From: Candidatus Heimdallarchaeota archaeon
Lineage (GTDB): Archaea > Asgardarchaeota > Heimdallarchaeia > Hodarchaeales > Hodarchaeaceae
Assembly (NCBI GenBank): GCA_019057635.1
Contig: DXJL01000165.1
Location: 1-18,188 of the forward strand
Direction: 5' to 3'
Length of the DNA: 18,188 nt
The translations under genes were made by a program, and so were the position numbers. Positions 17,052-18,188 of the stretch are shown here, one piece after another. Every line of letters starts with the position of its first letter. Within the stretch, counting starts at the first letter, position 1. A model generated the notes under the pieces. It ran no database searches. It was given only the letters and a program-made list of their open reading frames with translations, and was not told where the DNA came from.

Positions 17052-18014
17052 GTGAGAAATTTGAAAAAATTCTTGATTGGGACAGTAGGTATATCTCGAC
17101 CGTTTTGGGCATTCTTTCTCACTTTTTTATATTTCCTTATTCCATTAATTCTCATTAATAGTTTCTTGTTCTTTTCCATCCTTCTTGGATTTTGTGTAAT
17201 GTTCTCATTTTATTTGGGTCATTTTAGCCTAAATGCTATATACGATAAAGATGTAGATAGAAATAACCCTAGGAAAGATTTATTCAATTCATGGGTTGAG
17301 CAACTTGGGATTGGGAAAAAATGGATATGGTGTATGATATTCATTTTTTGGTCTTTCAGTTTTTTAGGCTCCATAATTCACTCTATGATATATAATAAAA
17401 GCCTGCAATTTTTGGTACCTATTGCGATTATTCTTGCTATTGTATATTCGGTACCTCCTTTACAGTTAAAAGGAAAAGCTCCATGGGATTTAGTGATAGA
17501 CTTACTAAGCTTTGGTGTTCTTGGTCCTTTTTTCGCTATAGAGTGCATATTAATCATTCCCCCTTGGCAATTAGTTATCCCTATTATCCTATTTTCTATA
17601 TCCACTATTGCAATTGTAGTATTGCCAACAGTGATGATGGATACAACAGTTGACAGAGAACATTGTTACAATACTTTTTCTGTCAAATATGGGCTTGAAA
17701 ACACTATGAATGTCATCAAATTCTTTTTTATCGTTCAAGTTTCAGCTTTGGCTGGATTCGGAATTCTTGCTCTTCTCCGAGCAAACTTTCTATTATTAAT
17801 TATCATTCTTCTTTTCCCCTTTGGGGAATTAAACATTTTAGGAGATTTATTTTTTTCAGACTTTGTTAGCGAGGAATCCGCAGAGGTAGTAGTCAAAAGA
17901 TTAATGCGTAGCTCTTTAGTTTTTGGAATAGAAATAATAGCGGCTGTACACTTCTTAAATTGGCTTGGACTTGATTTCAACCAATTCTTCCAAGAAATAT
18001 TATCACTTTTATAG
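17052..18014 (+). CDS. UbiA-family prenyltransferase
   Basis: NAIYDKDVDRNNPRK (NxxxDxxxD), YSVPPLQLK, second motif DTTVDREH..TFSVKYG, and many TM helices. Confidence 0.88.
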   Translation: MRNLKKFLIGTVGISRPFWAFFLTFLYFLIPLILINSFLFFSILLGFCVMFSFYLGHFSLNAIYDKDVDRNNPRKDLFNSWVEQLGIGKKWIWCMIFIFWSFSFLGSIIHSMIYNKSLQFLVPIAIILAIVYSVPPLQLKGKAPWDLVIDLLSFGVLGPFFAIECILIIPPWQLVIPIILFSISTIAIVVLPTVMMDTTVDREHCYNTFSVKYGLENTMNVIKFFFIVQVSALAGFGILALLRANFLLLIIILLFPFGELNILGDLFFSDFVSEESAEVVVKRLMRSSLVFGIEIIAAVHFLNWLGLDFNQFFQEILSLL

Positions 18015-18082
18015 CGATATTATCAAGACTGTGTTAAGAATTATGTCTTAATATTGAGGAAACACAAAGAAGATCCAGTTAT

Positions 18083-18124
18083 GTCGTCAAAGGCTGGTTT
18101 AGATAGGAGAAGTATATGCTAGGG
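18083..18124 (+). repeat. Intergenic repeat copy E
   Basis: GTCGTCAAAGGCTGGTTTAGATAGGAGAAGTATATGCTAGGG; 33/35 to core; 68 bp after the UbiA-like stop. Confidence 0.93.
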
Positions 18125-18188
18125 GTCAATCCTGTTGTCGGATAGATTGACAGATATGGACATTTATAGACAAATAGAACCAGATGAC

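Noticed and set aside
2103-17980. Short ORFs nested in or antisense to larger genes (2103-2315, 3081-3359, 3411-3776, 3421-3645, 4863-5048, 5129-5374, 5737-5976, 6458-6667, 6977-7315, 9024-9212, 10787-10993, 15082-15279, 16099-16377, 17378-17605, 17735-17980)
   Set aside because: Shadow frames of well-supported genes, with no motifs of their own.
11129-18124. Repeats as a CRISPR array
   Set aside because: Intervals are 0.9-4 kb and contain whole genes; no cas genes in the window.
11993-18124. Repeats as canonical attC sites or as simple promoters
   Set aside because: No RYYYAAC/GTTRRRY inverted core. AAAAGTATATA is BRE/TATA-like, but copy B has no plus-strand gene downstream and conservation extends well beyond a TATA box. 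The promoter explanation is disfavoured but not excluded.

Overview
AT-rich archaeal-looking window, probably from an Asgard (Heimdallarchaeia-like) genome. That assignment is inferred from the protein types (long TPR protein, REC-PAS-histidine kinase, Thr-rich/TM/Lys-tailed surface protein), not proven. The left half is a patchwork of accessory genes: a secreted Zn-peptidase, an agmatinase-family hydrolase, an AdaA-like/Ogt pair, an ICMT/PEMT-like methyltransferase, a membrane protein ending in a bare His-box helix, a flavodoxin, and a Tes/MJ0619-like radical SAM enzyme with an ArsM-like methyltransferase. Several gene fragments and a GC-rich, hairpin-rich ~290-nt non-coding island (8114-8402, candidate structured RNA) lie between them. 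The strongest unexplained signal is in the right half: five same-orientation intergenic copies of a 35-42 bp motif (consensus GTCGTCAAAGGCTGGTTTAGATGGGAAAAGTATATACTAGGG) at 11129, 11993, 15974, 16871 and 18083. They divide the DNA into four whole-gene modules: MNT-HEPN toxin-antitoxin, TPR + hybrid kinase, AbrB-VapC toxin-antitoxin, and a UbiA prenyltransferase. This looks like a gene-cassette array whose site is neither attC nor a CRISPR repeat. No recombinase is visible in the window.
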